A stretch of DNA of 64,000 nt from assembly GCF_009914755.1 (NCBI RefSeq), contig NC_060934.1; one strand, 5' to 3'. Below are positions 63,735 to 64,000 of this stretch, one piece after another. Numbering within the stretch: position 1 is the stretch's first letter; each line of letters opens with the position of its first letter. The position numbers and the translations under genes are program-made. Under the pieces are notes generated by a model, which had not been told where the DNA came from, did not search any database, and saw nothing but the letters and a program-made list of their open reading frames with translations. This DNA is from the human T2T-CHM13v2.0 reference genome, Homo sapiens.

Positions 63735-63910
63735 CAGGGATGGCACATTCTTGGCAAGTGTACTACCTCCTTCTCAACCAGCATCCTTAATGTACATTGT
63801 TAATTGGCCAGGGCATGTTTTCACACTGAGCACCAGAGGCTTTAGAACAACTTCACTTCTGTCCACAGGCCAACCACAATGTTGACCTACGAGTGCAAGG
63901 CATGTGTAAT
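63735..63910. mobile_element. MER117-like hAT MITE remnant
   Basis: cagggatggcac...acattgttaattgg...ttttcacactgagc; weak similarity recalled from memory. Confidence 0.35.
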
Positions 63911-64000
63911 GGGATCAAGCAAGGTTCTCTGAGATGCTGAAATGAGATACAGAATACAATGATCATATTCAGGTAATTTATGGGTTGAATTTTTCCATGT

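Overview
AT-rich, CpG-depleted primate genomic DNA (human-like: AluY/AluS, L1PA, MER11, THE1), intronic or intergenic. I found no supportable protein-coding exon, RNA gene or CpG island. Recognisable ORFs are decayed L1 ORF2 or Tigger1 transposase, or chance frames in Alu, LTR and microsatellite sequence. The window is a transposon fossil bed. It holds a full-length Tigger1 with TA TSDs and six solo LTRs, five with readable TSDs (THE1D, MER11, MSTA, MER4E, LTR28) and one without (THE1B/C). It also holds four Alus (one a 5'-truncated AluY), a TSD-flanked L1PA3/4 3' end, three L1 copies with inversions, and many MIR, L2, MER5 and MER20 relics. The most unusual structure is an L1PA7-like twin-priming insertion whose junction creates a new strong-Kozak ATG opening a 186-aa RT-domain frame. 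Also notable are a three-segment L1M inversion with 7-nt microhomology and two motif-dense candidate enhancers. I see no evidence for a new biological system. Repeat subfamily names come from remembered consensus sequences and need RepeatMasker/Dfam confirmation.
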